This document shows positions 43,755-53,907 of a stretch of DNA of 55,881 nucleotides, one piece after another (the first letter of the stretch is position 1; each line of letters starts with the position of its first letter). The notes below the pieces were generated by a model. That model saw only the letters and a program-made list of their open reading frames with translations. It was not told the DNA's origin and made no database searches. The DNA comes from an uncultured bacterium (GTDB taxonomy: Bacteria; Hydrogenedentota; Hydrogenedentia; Hydrogenedentales; SLHB01), in contig CALEZK010000602.1 in NCBI GenBank assembly GCA_937928585.1, positions 1-55,881 on the forward strand, read 5' to 3'. A program made the position numbers and the translations under genes.

Positions 43755-44003
43755 TCAGAGATCAAGCGCCTTCTTCACGACTTCCCAAGGGATGTCTTCC
43801 CCGCCCTCAGCAATCGCCGCTTCGATTTTCTGGTTATCGATGTAATCTTCTATTCGTTGAAGCAGTTCCAGATCTTCCATCGGAACCAAGCCCGCCTTCG
43901 CAACGCCGCCGAGTTCGAGCACTATGCGCTCGCCATCCGCTATGACACGACCAATCGCTTTGGACAAGTCGTTCGGCAAGGACTCCGTGTTGACGTGTGT
44001 CAT
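43755..44003 (-). CDS. Phd/YefM-like antitoxin
   Basis: It abuts the toxin start. It is small and acidic, with an N-terminal beta-alpha region (RIVLELGGVAKAGLVPMEDLELLQ). Confidence 0.6.
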   Translation of the reverse strand: MTHVNTESLPNDLSKAIGRVIADGERIVLELGGVAKAGLVPMEDLELLQRIEDYIDNQKIEAAIAEGGEDIPWEVVKKALDL

Positions 44004-44049
44004 ACTTTCGTGCTCCTGTATCTAACGCGAGTATACCATGAATTGCCGC

Positions 44050-45225
44050 CTACATTTCCTTCACGTGCCAGGGCAAACCGTGCTTGTTCAGCTTGTCCAT
44101 GAAGGGCGTGGGGTCGAGTTGTTCGACGTTGAAGACGCCTTCGCTGCGCCATGTGCCGGTGAGCATCATCATGCCGCCGATCATCGCGGGTACGCCCGTC
44201 GTATAGGAGATCGCTTGTGCTTTCACTTCCTTATAGCATTCGGCGTGATCGCAAACGTTGTAGATGAAAATCTTGCGCGGTTTCCCGTCTTTCAGGCCTT
44301 CAATGAGGCAGCCGATGCAGGTCTTGCCGGTATAGCCCGGCGCGAGCGACGCGGGATCGGGCAACAGGGCCTTTAGGAACTGTATCGGAATGATCTCGCG
44401 GCCCTCGAACATGACCGGGTCTATGCGCGTCATACCCACGTTTTGCAGCACGCGCAGATGCGTGAGATACGATTCGCCGAAGGTCATCCAGAATCGGATG
44501 CGCTTGAGTCCTTTAATATTCTGCACGAGCGATTCGAGTTCTTCGTGATACAGCAGGTACGCGCGTTTCACGCCGCATTCGGGAAAATCGAAATCCATTG
44601 AGACCGACATCGGTTCGATCTCTTTCCACTCGCCGTTTTCCCAATACTTGCCGCGCTGCGTGATTTCGCGGATGTTGATCTCGGGATTGAAATTCGTGGC
44701 GAAGGCGTGGCCGTGATCGCCCGCATTGCAGTCGAGAATATCGATTGTGTGAATCTCGTCGAAATATTCCTTTTGCGCGTAGGCCGTGAATATGTTCGTC
44801 ACGCCGGGGTCAAATCCACACCCAAGCAGCGCCATGATGCCGCGCTTCTTGAAGCGGTCCTGATAGGCCCATTGCCACTTGTATTCGAACTTCGCCTCGT
44901 CTGGCGGCTCGTAGTTGGCGGTGTCCAGGTAGTCGACGCCAGTCTCCAGGCACGCGTCCATGATCGGCAGGTCCTGGTAGGGCAGCGCAACGTTGATTAC
45001 CAGCTTGGGATCAACTTTCCTGATCAGCGCGGCCATTTGCTTGGGGTCGTCTGCGTCCACCTGGGCGACGTTGATCGGCCGCGTAATCTGGTCACGAATC
45101 GCTTCACACTTCGACAGCGTGCGGCTGGCCAGCGTAATCTCGCTGAACACTTCCGGCACCTGAGCGCACTTGTGCGTGACGACACCGCCGACACCGCCGG
45201 CACCAACTATTAAGACTCGGCTCAT
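44050..45225 (-). CDS. carboxynorspermidine synthase/dehydrogenase (saccharopine-dehydrogenase family)
   Basis: I place the start at MSRVLIVGAGGVGG (Rossmann fold), which is ATG 45225. The listed ORF start at 45378 gives a non-homologous extension. Confidence 0.85.
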   Translation of the reverse strand: MSRVLIVGAGGVGGVVTHKCAQVPEVFSEITLASRTLSKCEAIRDQITRPINVAQVDADDPKQMAALIRKVDPKLVINVALPYQDLPIMDACLETGVDYLDTANYEPPDEAKFEYKWQWAYQDRFKKRGIMALLGCGFDPGVTNIFTAYAQKEYFDEIHTIDILDCNAGDHGHAFATNFNPEINIREITQRGKYWENGEWKEIEPMSVSMDFDFPECGVKRAYLLYHEELESLVQNIKGLKRIRFWMTFGESYLTHLRVLQNVGMTRIDPVMFEGREIIPIQFLKALLPDPASLAPGYTGKTCIGCLIEGLKDGKPRKIFIYNVCDHAECYKEVKAQAISYTTGVPAMIGGMMMLTGTWRSEGVFNVEQLDPTPFMDKLNKHGLPWHVKEM

Positions 45226-45453
45226 CGAGATATATACTCCGCATCGGGTTTTCGCTCCCAGACAGTCGTCTGGTAACGAGGTAGCTGAGGAAAAGTTTCT
45301 CGGGAAGCATAGCAAACGAAGGCCGCAAAATGTAGATAGGCTTCTTGCGCCCCGTGAAGGCATGCGTTGACTCGACACGGCCGCTGCTCTAGGCTCATTC
45401 GCGGTTTGTCGGGTCGATTATCGCAATTGACGTCACAAGGCGGAATACTGAAC

Positions 45454-46308
45454 ATGACTTTCCTGGCAAAGGTTGTTTTTGTTTCCGGCGCGGTTCTCGC
45501 TTGCGCTGCGTCTGGCGCGGAGATTGGATTGCAGGGCGACCCGGCGCTGCTTGCGTTGGTTGATCGAGAGTATGAATCGCTGGCCGATTTTTCCGAGCGA
45601 CTATCTGAACTCGAAAGTGTGCTCTCTGAACGAAACGACGCGCGCGCGGTTTTCGCCGCGATGTATGTCGTGTTGACGGATAACGCAACGATCCTTATCG
45701 ACGCCGGTCATTTTGACGATGGGCAGTGGGTGGCGGCGTTCATGGTTGCCTTCGGAAACCTGTATCGGCAGGCGTTTCTCGATTATGAATCCGGCAATTT
45801 GGACAAGGTGCCCGCGACCTGGCGCGTGACCTTTGACGCCGCAATCGAAAATAACTCCTCCGTTTTTCAACATGCGCTGATGGGCATCCATTCGCACATC
45901 AATCGAGACATGGCCTATGCCCTTGCCGCGGTAACACCGGTGAACGAACGAGCCGGGCGTTTTGCGGACTTCGTGCGCACGAACGATTTCATTGTGGCAT
46001 CCATCGACCCGGTGGAAAACGCGGTTGCGCAGTTCGACAGTGCGCTGGGCATGCTCGATGCACAATTGGGCGGGATTGATGAACGGCTGCTGGAAAAAAC
46101 TTTGACGCAATGGCGATTTCGCGCGTGGCGGCTCGCGGCAACGATTGATTTGACCGGTAATACCCAAAGCGGCCAGTTTTTTTCGGCATATCTCGATCAT
46201 ATCGCGGAAAAACGCGCAGTACGGATTCGTGATGCGCGGCCGCTCTATGAATTGGGAAACAACTCGCCCAAGGCTTCGCTCGCGGTCGTGCGGAGGTGGT
46301 GCTGGTAG
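45454..46308 (+). CDS. secreted hypothetical protein (DUF5995-like)
   Basis: I place the start at MTFLAKVVFVSGAVLACAASGA, which is a signal peptide. The motif GIHSHINRDMAYAL recalls DUF5995. The call is tentative. Confidence 0.45.
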   Translation: MTFLAKVVFVSGAVLACAASGAEIGLQGDPALLALVDREYESLADFSERLSELESVLSERNDARAVFAAMYVVLTDNATILIDAGHFDDGQWVAAFMVAFGNLYRQAFLDYESGNLDKVPATWRVTFDAAIENNSSVFQHALMGIHSHINRDMAYALAAVTPVNERAGRFADFVRTNDFIVASIDPVENAVAQFDSALGMLDAQLGGIDERLLEKTLTQWRFRAWRLAATIDLTGNTQSGQFFSAYLDHIAEKRAVRIRDARPLYELGNNSPKASLAVVRRWCW

Positions 46309-46949
46309 AGGTGCGAGACCGGCGTGTCTTCGAGATTGATCTCAACCGACAATGCACCATTTCGAACCGCGATTCGCGGTAATTCGGCCGCAGGATAAAC
46401 AATCCCCGACGTGCCGATGCTGACAATGGCATCGCACCGCGCCAACGCTTCGCCCGCGCGCTCCAGCACATCTGGATCGAGATTGTCTTCAAACCACACG
46501 ATATCCGGACGCCAATAGGCGCCGCAGGCGCAGTGACGCGGGTTAATTGGCAGTTGATCGTTGGGAACAACAAGACCGTCGCGGTCGCAGCGAACGCGCC
46601 ACAGACTGCCGTGCAACTCGATGACGTTCGTCGCGCCGGCGCGTTGATGCAAACCATCGATATTTTGTGTGATGACCACGGTGTCCGGGCGCGCGCGTTG
46701 CACAGCGGCGATAATGCGGTGGCCCGCGTTCGGTTCACACGCCGCCACGCGCTCACGGCGCACATCGTGAAAATCCCAGACCTTCTCCGGGTCGCGGTCA
46801 AACGCGCGCTGGCACGCAAAGTCCTCGTAGTTGTACTGCGTCCAGATGCCACCACGCCCGCGATACGTCGGGATGCCGCTCTCCGCTGATAAACCCGCGC
46901 CAGTGAAGAAGACGATGCGTTGACAATCGAGGAAACTGAGGTTGGGCAT
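46245..46949 (-). CDS. cobB: NAD-dependent protein deacylase (Sir2 family)
   Basis: Motifs are FTGAGLSAESGIPTYRG, TQNIDGLH, HGS and the Zn-site cysteines. Its 3' end overlaps the convergent gene by 64 nt. Confidence 0.85.
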   Translation of the reverse strand: MPNLSFLDCQRIVFFTGAGLSAESGIPTYRGRGGIWTQYNYEDFACQRAFDRDPEKVWDFHDVRRERVAACEPNAGHRIIAAVQRARPDTVVITQNIDGLHQRAGATNVIELHGSLWRVRCDRDGLVVPNDQLPINPRHCACGAYWRPDIVWFEDNLDPDVLERAGEALARCDAIVSIGTSGIVYPAAELPRIAVRNGALSVEINLEDTPVSHLYQHHLRTTASEALGELFPNS

Positions 46950-47080
46950 AGTCCTTCCAACTATAGCTAGATTGAGTCACCTTTACAGTGTAGGCAATGG
47001 TTGACGACGCAGCACGCTGATTTGCACTATAGCGCAAGATAATAAGTAATTGTAAAACGTCAACAACGGAATGTGTTCTC

Positions 47081-47368
47081 ATGCGAGAAAAATTGCGAAA
47101 GAAAGTTTCGACACGCCGCGCGCTGCAGTGCGATCCCGCGACCGTCGCGTCGTACGATTATTCGCGGCTTGACCCGACATTCGACAAGTTCTCCAAACCC
47201 GCCAAGCGCGCGTTTATTGAGAACAGCATCTTTTCGCCAAAAGACTTGGCAAACTGGACTTTGCGTGACATCCTCAAGTTGCACGGTATCGGTCCGGCCT
47301 CCGTGCCGATGCTCCAGGAGATCTTGCGTGTAAATGGGCTGACCTTTAGGCCTAAGAAAAGCGGCTGA
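47081..47368 (+). CDS. hypothetical protein with a helix-hairpin-helix-like C-terminus
   Basis: 95-aa ORF. LKLHGIGPASVPMLQEIL resembles an HhH or RpoA-CTD-like motif. Confidence 0.4.
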   Translation: MREKLRKKVSTRRALQCDPATVASYDYSRLDPTFDKFSKPAKRAFIENSIFSPKDLANWTLRDILKLHGIGPASVPMLQEILRVNGLTFRPKKSG

Positions 47369-47388
47369 AATTTTGCGGGCCTGTATCG

Positions 47389-48030
47389 TTACCGCAGCAG
47401 CGATTCCACGCGAACGCGTAGTGCGGGTACAACCTCCGATTCGAACCAGGGGTGCGTTTGCAGCCAATGGGTGTTGCGCGGAGACGGATGTGGAATGGGC
47501 AAATACCGGGGGAAGTACTCGCGCCATGCGCGCACGGTTTCGGTTAGCGAAGGCTGGGCTCTTGGGGCCAGATAGTGTCGCTGCGCGTAGGCGCCCGCGA
47601 GAATCGCAAACTGGATTCGGGGCAGCAACGCGAGCAATTTCGGCAACCAATGTATCGCGCATTCCTTGCGCGGGGGCAAATCGCCGCCGCGCGGATTCCG
47701 GCCCGGGTAGCAATAGCCCATGGGAATGATGGCAATGCGCGATTCGTCGTAGAAGGTATCCCGATCAATATTCATCCACGCTCGCAACCGATCACCGCTT
47801 GGATCGTTCCAGGGGATGCCGGTTTCGTGCACGCGGGTGCCGGGGGCCTGTCCGACGATGAGAATGCGCGCGGTGACGGAAGCGCGCAGCACGGGGCGCG
47901 GTCCCAACGGCAGTTGCCCCTCGCAAATGCGGCACGCGCGCACTTCCGCGAGAAGGGCGTCGAGGCGAGCGAATGTTGCTGAAGACTTCATCGTGGAGGA
48001 AAACTTGGGGACTTGGTCGCTCATACGCAA
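47389..48030 (-). CDS. uracil-DNA glycosylase superfamily protein
   Basis: CRICEG..., ILIVGQAPG and IPMGYCYPG fit the UDG-fold families 4-6. The exact start is uncertain. Confidence 0.7.
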   Translation of the reverse strand: MRMSDQVPKFSSTMKSSATFARLDALLAEVRACRICEGQLPLGPRPVLRASVTARILIVGQAPGTRVHETGIPWNDPSGDRLRAWMNIDRDTFYDESRIAIIPMGYCYPGRNPRGGDLPPRKECAIHWLPKLLALLPRIQFAILAGAYAQRHYLAPRAQPSLTETVRAWREYFPRYLPIPHPSPRNTHWLQTHPWFESEVVPALRVRVESLLR

Positions 48031-48098
48031 ACTGAAGACATCGGGTTCACGTAGTGAAAATAAGGCCCGGACGTGTTAATCCGACGATTGAACAATTT

Positions 48099-48854
48099 TT
48101 AATAATTTCCGCGGCCTCGACCACCATGTCCTCGCCCGCCACCGCGACCTCGTTCAATCGGGGTAGACACTATTTTATCGAATGCGTCTTGACTGATGTA
48201 CTGCGGTTTGTAATCCGCGCCGACGTTCCTCAGATTGAAGACGAACGCGCGTAAGTGATTTCGAGAGCCCCGGGCCAAATTGGCATATACCATCTGTAAA
48301 TCCTGTAATTCCGTCTCGCGTGCCAGCCGTTCCAAGTCGTAGATGTCCAAGTCTTCAATGGTTGCTCCAATGGTCAGGGCGTCCACCCTGGACCTTTCTC
48401 CCTTTGCGACAAAGTCGTTGTACAGCGACTGCAGCGTCGCATTCTTGAAATGGCCAGGTATAGACGCGTCCGCTGGATCCGAGAGCTGGTAGCGGTCGAG
48501 TAACATCTTTACGGCATCTATATGGGTTAGTTCCGCAGAAGAGATACTTTGAAAGGGCTGTGGTCCCCATTTGGCGCCAAGTACCACATACACATCGTAG
48601 GCGAGTTTCTCCTCCTCCCGCATGAGGAGTAATCCCTCTGCCTCTTCCTTCGTCAATGAACTCGCAGGCGTTGAACTCAAAACCGCTTCAAGCGTACCTA
48701 CCACCAACGAAGTTGTACCGTCTTGCGCTACCGTGTAGATATTGTCGGTGGGGGGAGTGTCAGCGACAGTCGCTCCCGTTCCACGGGAAGCGCATCCAGC
48801 CAGAAGTAGTAATGCGCAGGTAGCTAGTGTCGAAATCCTATATATCGACTTCAT
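48099..48854 (-). CDS. DUF2202 (ferritin-like) lipoprotein with a Gly/Arg-rich tail
   Basis: I place the start at MKSIYRISTLATCALLLLAGC, which carries a lipobox. REEEKLAYDVYVVLGAKWG...AELTHIDAVKMLLDRY is the DUF2202 signature. Confidence 0.65.
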   Translation of the reverse strand: MKSIYRISTLATCALLLLAGCASRGTGATVADTPPTDNIYTVAQDGTTSLVVGTLEAVLSSTPASSLTKEEAEGLLLMREEEKLAYDVYVVLGAKWGPQPFQSISSAELTHIDAVKMLLDRYQLSDPADASIPGHFKNATLQSLYNDFVAKGERSRVDALTIGATIEDLDIYDLERLARETELQDLQMVYANLARGSRNHLRAFVFNLRNVGADYKPQYISQDAFDKIVSTPIERGRGGGRGHGGRGRGNY

Positions 48855-48996
48855 ATACTCATCCTTTCCGGGGAGTATGCCGCACGAATCAAATGCAAAC
48901 TTGCGATACGATACCCATTCATTACAATACTTGAGTTGGGCCGAATAGTTCACGATTCCGAAAGTATGCGACCAATCAGGAGCACATTCATCTGCC

Positions 48997-50022
48997 ATGA
49001 ATACACACGTGCGAATCGTAGTGTTGGGTTTGGCGTTAGTTGCGACCTTCGCCGCAGCAAATGCGCAGGAGAAGACAAGCCCACCGCCGCCGGTTTATCC
49101 GGAAGTAAACCCGTCGCCCTGGTATGAGGTCGACGCGGGGTGGCCGCAGAAGCCCAAGGAGTTTAGGTGGCAGGCGATGCCGGGCGTGGCCGTCGACGCG
49201 GAAGACAATGTCTGGGTGTATACGCGGAGCGCGCCGGAGGTGCAGGTGTACGCGCCGGACGGCAAGTACCTTTTCGGGTGGGGCGAAAGCGAAGGCGCGC
49301 ACCATATCAAGATTGATCGCGAGGGCAATATTTGGACGGTGAACTTCAAGCACCACATCGTGCAGAAGCACCGGCGTGATGGCTCGTTGCTGTTGACGTT
49401 GGGCGTGCGCGATCACGCCGCGGAGGATGACGCGCATTTCTATATGCCCACCGACGTTGCGATTGCGTCGAACGGGGACATCTTCGTTTCCGACGGCTAT
49501 GGAAACCAGCGCGTGGTGCATTTAACCAAAGACGGCAAGTTTGTGAAGGCGTGGGGCTCGATGGGCACGGAAGACGGGAAGTTCAGCATCCCGCACGCGA
49601 TTGCAATTGATTCAAAGGATCGCATCTACGTGGCCGACCGCAATAACGCGCGCGTGCAGGTGTACAACACCAACGGCGAATTGGTCGATTCGTGGAAACA
49701 CATCATCGTGCCGTGGGGATTTTGGATCACGGCGAAAGATGAGGTGTGGGTTTGTGGATCATCGCCAATGGCGTGGCAGGAGAAGGATATGAAAAAGTAT
49801 CCGACCGCGCCGCTTGGGTGTCCGCCGCGCGATCAGCTCATCATGCGGTTTGACACCGCAGGAAAAGTGCAGCAGGTATATTCCTTCCCCAAGGGGAAGG
49901 ACGGCGAAGAAAAGCCGGGCGAATTGAACTGGGTGCATTGCATTGCGTTGGATTCAAAGGGCAACGTCTACCTTGGAGACATTCAGGGCAAGCGTGTGCA
50001 GAAGTTCCTTTTGAAAAATTGA
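48997..50022 (+). CDS. NHL-repeat beta-propeller protein (peptidylglycine-amidating-lyase-like)
   Basis: A signal peptide is followed by repeated motifs of the type D..GN.WV.D..NHR. Confidence 0.7.
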   Translation: MNTHVRIVVLGLALVATFAAANAQEKTSPPPPVYPEVNPSPWYEVDAGWPQKPKEFRWQAMPGVAVDAEDNVWVYTRSAPEVQVYAPDGKYLFGWGESEGAHHIKIDREGNIWTVNFKHHIVQKHRRDGSLLLTLGVRDHAAEDDAHFYMPTDVAIASNGDIFVSDGYGNQRVVHLTKDGKFVKAWGSMGTEDGKFSIPHAIAIDSKDRIYVADRNNARVQVYNTNGELVDSWKHIIVPWGFWITAKDEVWVCGSSPMAWQEKDMKKYPTAPLGCPPRDQLIMRFDTAGKVQQVYSFPKGKDGEEKPGELNWVHCIALDSKGNVYLGDIQGKRVQKFLLKN

Positions 50023-50037
50023 GATAAAGGCTTCGCG

Positions 50038-50307
50038 CTATTTCCAGATACCGCGGAAGCGGAGGTGATCCTCCAGCACGGCGCGAAACTCCGTGATGTC
50101 CACGTCGCGCTCGACGCACACGAGCATGAGGTTGCCGTCGAGCCGGAAGTTCCCGTCCCATTCCATGACCTGCTCATCCGTCCACGTCTTGTCGTACTCA
50201 GCGAGGTGTTCGTCTGTTTGCCGCGTGAGATATGCCCGCAGACTTACGTCGGTCTCGTCCATGGGCATCCCGGCGGGGAGATGTTCGTAGTCGGGCGTAG
50301 TCGTCAT
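50038..50307 (-). CDS. hypothetical protein
   Basis: 89-aa ORF with AGGAGA 7 nt upstream of the ATG. It is acidic, and I recognise no family. Confidence 0.5.
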   Translation of the reverse strand: MTTTPDYEHLPAGMPMDETDVSLRAYLTRQTDEHLAEYDKTWTDEQVMEWDGNFRLDGNLMLVCVERDVDITEFRAVLEDHLRFRGIWK

Positions 50308-50338
50308 GGCAGTTCTCCTGTCTTCGCTTGAAACACCG

Positions 50339-51232
50339 TTAATATTCGCATGTTGCGCTATGTCGATTATAGGGGCGAATGGTTTTCATCGGTTCGCCCT
50401 GAGTATGACACGTAAAGCACAACGGTTGCTCGGGAAGCTTCACGTGCTTCGCGGTGGACTGCGCGTGTATGTCGTGACACGTCGTGCAGGTAACTTCGGT
50501 TTTGCCGGCGAGTGTAACGTCGCGCGTGTTCTGCAAGATATGCGCTTCGCCTGGATTCTCGCTTTGGATGCGCTTTTCCGACAAATCAACGGCGAAATCT
50601 TTGAACAGATTATCACCGGGAACAAAATTGTTGGGAAAGGGCAGGCCTGTGCTTTTTGATGTTCCTCCGCGCAGATGACACGCGCCGCAAATCGAAATCT
50701 CCACTCTCGGCAGCGTTCGCTCTTTCTTTGCGAGCAACATCAGCGAGCCGTCTTCGGTGTGCTCAGGCACTGCGATTCCGTGGCAGGTGTGACAATCGAG
50801 TGAGACCATCTGAAACGTCTTCGCGATACTGTCAACGCCGGAGGTGTGGCAGCCCGCGCAGCGCTCGGCGAAAGATGTCGCGTGAGCATTGCCCTTGGGG
50901 TCATGCCAGACTTGCTTGCGAACATCCCATCGCGGATTGAGCAGCTCCACCGTGCCATACGATTTCGCGCGCTTGAGGAAGCGAAGAATCGCTTCGCGTC
51001 CGATCGCGTAGTCGGCGTCTCTTGGTGAATCAGCAAGTTGCCTTGCGCGCACCTCGTCATCGATTCCGCGAATTGTCGTTGCGTGGCGGTTGGTTTGCCA
51101 GCTTGGGCCGATTGTCGTGCGATGGCAGAATAGGCATGCATTGCCGTCTTCGTAGATCGGCACGGGTTTGCCCACGTGATCGCCGCCCCAATCCGCGGGA
51201 TCGTGCTGCTGCGCGGACACGGTGAGCGCCAC
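50339..51232 (-). CDS. hexahaem c-type cytochrome; N-terminus unresolved
   Basis: Six CxxCH motifs are present (CLFCH, CAGCH, CHTCH, CGACH, CTTCH, CFTCH). The first canonical start is GTG 51232. A signal-peptide-like stretch is encoded in frame upstream of it (see findings). Confidence 0.8.
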   Translation of the reverse strand: MALTVSAQQHDPADWGGDHVGKPVPIYEDGNACLFCHRTTIGPSWQTNRHATTIRGIDDEVRARQLADSPRDADYAIGREAILRFLKRAKSYGTVELLNPRWDVRKQVWHDPKGNAHATSFAERCAGCHTSGVDSIAKTFQMVSLDCHTCHGIAVPEHTEDGSLMLLAKKERTLPRVEISICGACHLRGGTSKSTGLPFPNNFVPGDNLFKDFAVDLSEKRIQSENPGEAHILQNTRDVTLAGKTEVTCTTCHDIHAQSTAKHVKLPEQPLCFTCHTQGEPMKTIRPYNRHSATCEY

Positions 51233-51346
51233 GTTCGCGAATAAGATGAACAGCTGTGTGATGCTGGGCGTGATTGTAGTTCCGCCATGTGCGTTGCAGG
51301 CAAGGACGATATCCAGCTCGCGAGAGCCCTCGCCCTATCCTTCACC

Positions 51347-52867
51347 TTACGCTTTCTCCGCGCGCACCCAGCCGTGCGCGGCGTTGTCGCGCAGGATTCC
51401 CTGATCAACGTAAGCGGTCTTTAACCTGCTCAGCGTGTCCTTCGGGAAGTTCGTGCGCGCGGCCTGCACGTCGATGCCGTACAGTTTGGCCGCGTTCAAT
51501 CCGAAGATTTTCGCTTTGTCTTCCGCCGTCAGTTTCTTGTAACCGTGCTTCTCGCACATGGCGTCGGAAATCTCGAGGCGTTTGAAGGCATCGATCACCC
51601 ACTGCGGCGAACCCCACCACAAACAGTCGGTGCCCCAGATGACATGGTCGACGCCGTAGTGCTTCACGTTTTGTCCGATGAGGTGCTGCGCGAGTTCGGG
51701 ATGCACGATGGCAAGCGTGCCGAAGGCGGAACCAATCTCGCAGTAAACGTTGTTCATGTTTGGATTGCGCTTCTTGATCGCCATGAGTTCGCGATGCCAT
51801 TCGAAGTCGCCCGTCTCGGGATTGAAGGTGCCGCTTTCGTCGAACTCGGGTTCGCCCGGGCCATGCTTCATCGCGGAGTGATAGATGATGAAGTTGATGT
51901 CCGGATGCGCGAGCGCCGCCTTTTCGATATCGGCGGGGGGCGCGAAGTGGCCGAGTGTGCGCGATTGCGAAGCGTAGCCTTTGTGGATACTGAAGACTTT
52001 CAAGCCCAGTTCCTTCGACTTTTCATAGAACGGGTAGGTCATTGCTTCATCGTCAAGGCGGAAGCCGTTGCCGGATCGCGCGGGGTCCATGTGGCAATAC
52101 CATTTCCACGAATCGATCTTGTATTGCGTTACTTCCCGCTCCATCTGTTCAAACAGTTCGTTGAACGCGGGTTTGTTCGCGGTCTTGTCCCAGTAGTGGT
52201 TCGGAGCGCAGTTGCCCTGACACAGCGCGCGCTGCGATCCCGCGATGGTGTTCAGTTCGTGTTTGCGTTCGGACATCAACCAGCTTGGCAGCAGCCCAAG
52301 CATGCCGGGTGAGCGATCTTTGCCTTCGAGAATTGCGCCGTCCGCCCCGCGGTTGATCTCTTTTCCCGGCACGCCGGAAATGCAGATCATGCTGGTCTCG
52401 CTGTCGAAGAACATTTCCTTGACAAAATTCTCGAAGCTGTAGGCCTCTGGATCGTCGCTGAGGTTGAAGCCCATGTTGCGAATGAACGGCGAACTGCGGA
52501 AGCCGAGGTTGTAACCATTGGTGAAGTGCGTTTGCACGTCGAACACGAAATATTCGCCCTTGGGCCACTTCTCTTCGTACGCGCCCTTTTCGATGGTCTC
52601 CGCTTCCGCAACGTTCCAGTGTCTGCCGTAGACCATGTTGCTGGCCATGAACGCGGTGGCGAGGCCCATCGAACTCGCGAGGAAAGCGCGCCGTTCCATG
52701 CCAAGTTTTTTGGAACGGTCATCCGCGATTTCGCCGATGAGTTTCTCCATCTGCGCCTGTTGTTTTGTCTGTGGACGCGGCACGAACTCTTCATTCGACA
52801 CCACCTGGGTGGGGAAGGGACTGTCCACGCCTTTTTCCCGGTCGCGCAGCCATTTCGGAACCCACAT
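51347..52867 (-). CDS. amidohydrolase-family (metal-dependent hydrolase) protein with a twin-arginine-like signal
   Basis: [15 protein letters not shown] (TAT-like) lies about 58 aa from the listed start. The C-terminal pattern [14 protein letters not shown] is typical of amidohydrolase_2 proteins. Alternative starts are at 52750 and 52699. Confidence 0.7.
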   Translation of the reverse strand: MWVPKWLRDREKGVDSPFPTQVVSNEEFVPRPQTKQQAQMEKLIGEIADDRSKKLGMERRAFLASSMGLATAFMASNMVYGRHWNVAEAETIEKGAYEEKWPKGEYFVFDVQTHFTNGYNLGFRSSPFIRNMGFNLSDDPEAYSFENFVKEMFFDSETSMICISGVPGKEINRGADGAILEGKDRSPGMLGLLPSWLMSERKHELNTIAGSQRALCQGNCAPNHYWDKTANKPAFNELFEQMEREVTQYKIDSWKWYCHMDPARSGNGFRLDDEAMTYPFYEKSKELGLKVFSIHKGYASQSRTLGHFAPPADIEKAALAHPDINFIIYHSAMKHGPGEPEFDESGTFNPETGDFEWHRELMAIKKRNPNMNNVYCEIGSAFGTLAIVHPELAQHLIGQNVKHYGVDHVIWGTDCLWWGSPQWVIDAFKRLEISDAMCEKHGYKKLTAEDKAKIFGLNAAKLYGIDVQAARTNFPKDTLSRLKTAYVDQGILRDNAAHGWVRAEKA

Positions 52868-52986
52868 GACGCAGCCCTCCTCGGTAGTGATGTTGCCCGG
52901 TGCTCAATGAAATGCGATTGTGCGCGATTTCGCCTGGTTGTGCAACCGTCTTGCCGATGCTAGGGTGGAGCACCGCGAGGAATCTC

Positions 52987-53907
52987 ATGATGTTCGAAAC
53001 GTTTACGTATCGCGTTGTGCAGGGCCTGCCCATCAAACTCGATTTGTATCGTCCGGTGAACACCAGGCCTGCGCCCATCATCGTTTGGATCCATGGCGGC
53101 GCGCTGATTGGCGGGTCGCGCGGGTGGACCCAGCCCGTTGTGAGAGATTTGTTGGCGGAACTGGGATATGCCCAGGTTTCGATTGATTACCGATTTGCGC
53201 CGGAATCGAAGTTGCCGGACATCATCGACGACGTCGCGGAGGCGTTCCGTTGGATCCACGAGTCCCTGCCATTTCAATGCGCGGTGGATACGGGGCGAAT
53301 CGGGGTGATTGGGGGGTCCGCCGGCGGGTATCTCACAGTAATGACGGGTTGCATGGACGTGCCCCGGCCGCAGGCGCTGGTTTCGTTGTACGGCTATGGC
53401 GATATTGTCGGGCCTTGGTACAGCGAGCCGGATCCCTTTTATTTGCAGCAGCCGAAAGTTACGGAAGAGGAGGCCCGGGCCGCCGTTGGCTCGGTGCCAA
53501 TCTCGGAACAGCTTTCGGGCGGGCCGGATCGGTTCCGTTTCTACCTGTGGTGTCGACAAAACGGTTTTTGGCCGCGCGAGATTATGGGAATCGACCCCAA
53601 GCTCCAGCCGGAGGCGTTTGTTCCGTTCTGCCCCGAGCGGAACGTTGGATCGGATTACCCGCCTACGCTCCTGATCCACGGAAACGCCGACACGGACGTG
53701 CCTTATGACCGTTCGGTGGACATGGCCGCAGCCCTGGCCAAGGCGGGTATCGCGCATGAGTTGATCACCATCGAGGGGGGCCCGCACGGCTTTGATGGTC
53801 GGCTAAAGACCCATGACTGGGCGGAGAAACAGGGTACGCCCGAGGGCAGAGCGCTATCACGGGCGGTGGAATGGTTCGGGCAGTGGCTGGGGGTAGGGCC
53901 ACCCTAG
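52987..53907 (+). CDS. alpha/beta-hydrolase fold-3 esterase/lipase
   Basis: I place the start at MMFETFTYRV. The oxyanion motif is HGGALIGG and the nucleophile motif is GGSAGG. A C-terminal HGF is present. Confidence 0.75.
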   Translation: MMFETFTYRVVQGLPIKLDLYRPVNTRPAPIIVWIHGGALIGGSRGWTQPVVRDLLAELGYAQVSIDYRFAPESKLPDIIDDVAEAFRWIHESLPFQCAVDTGRIGVIGGSAGGYLTVMTGCMDVPRPQALVSLYGYGDIVGPWYSEPDPFYLQQPKVTEEEARAAVGSVPISEQLSGGPDRFRFYLWCRQNGFWPREIMGIDPKLQPEAFVPFCPERNVGSDYPPTLLIHGNADTDVPYDRSVDMAAALAKAGIAHELITIEGGPHGFDGRLKTHDWAEKQGTPEGRALSRAVEWFGQWLGVGPP

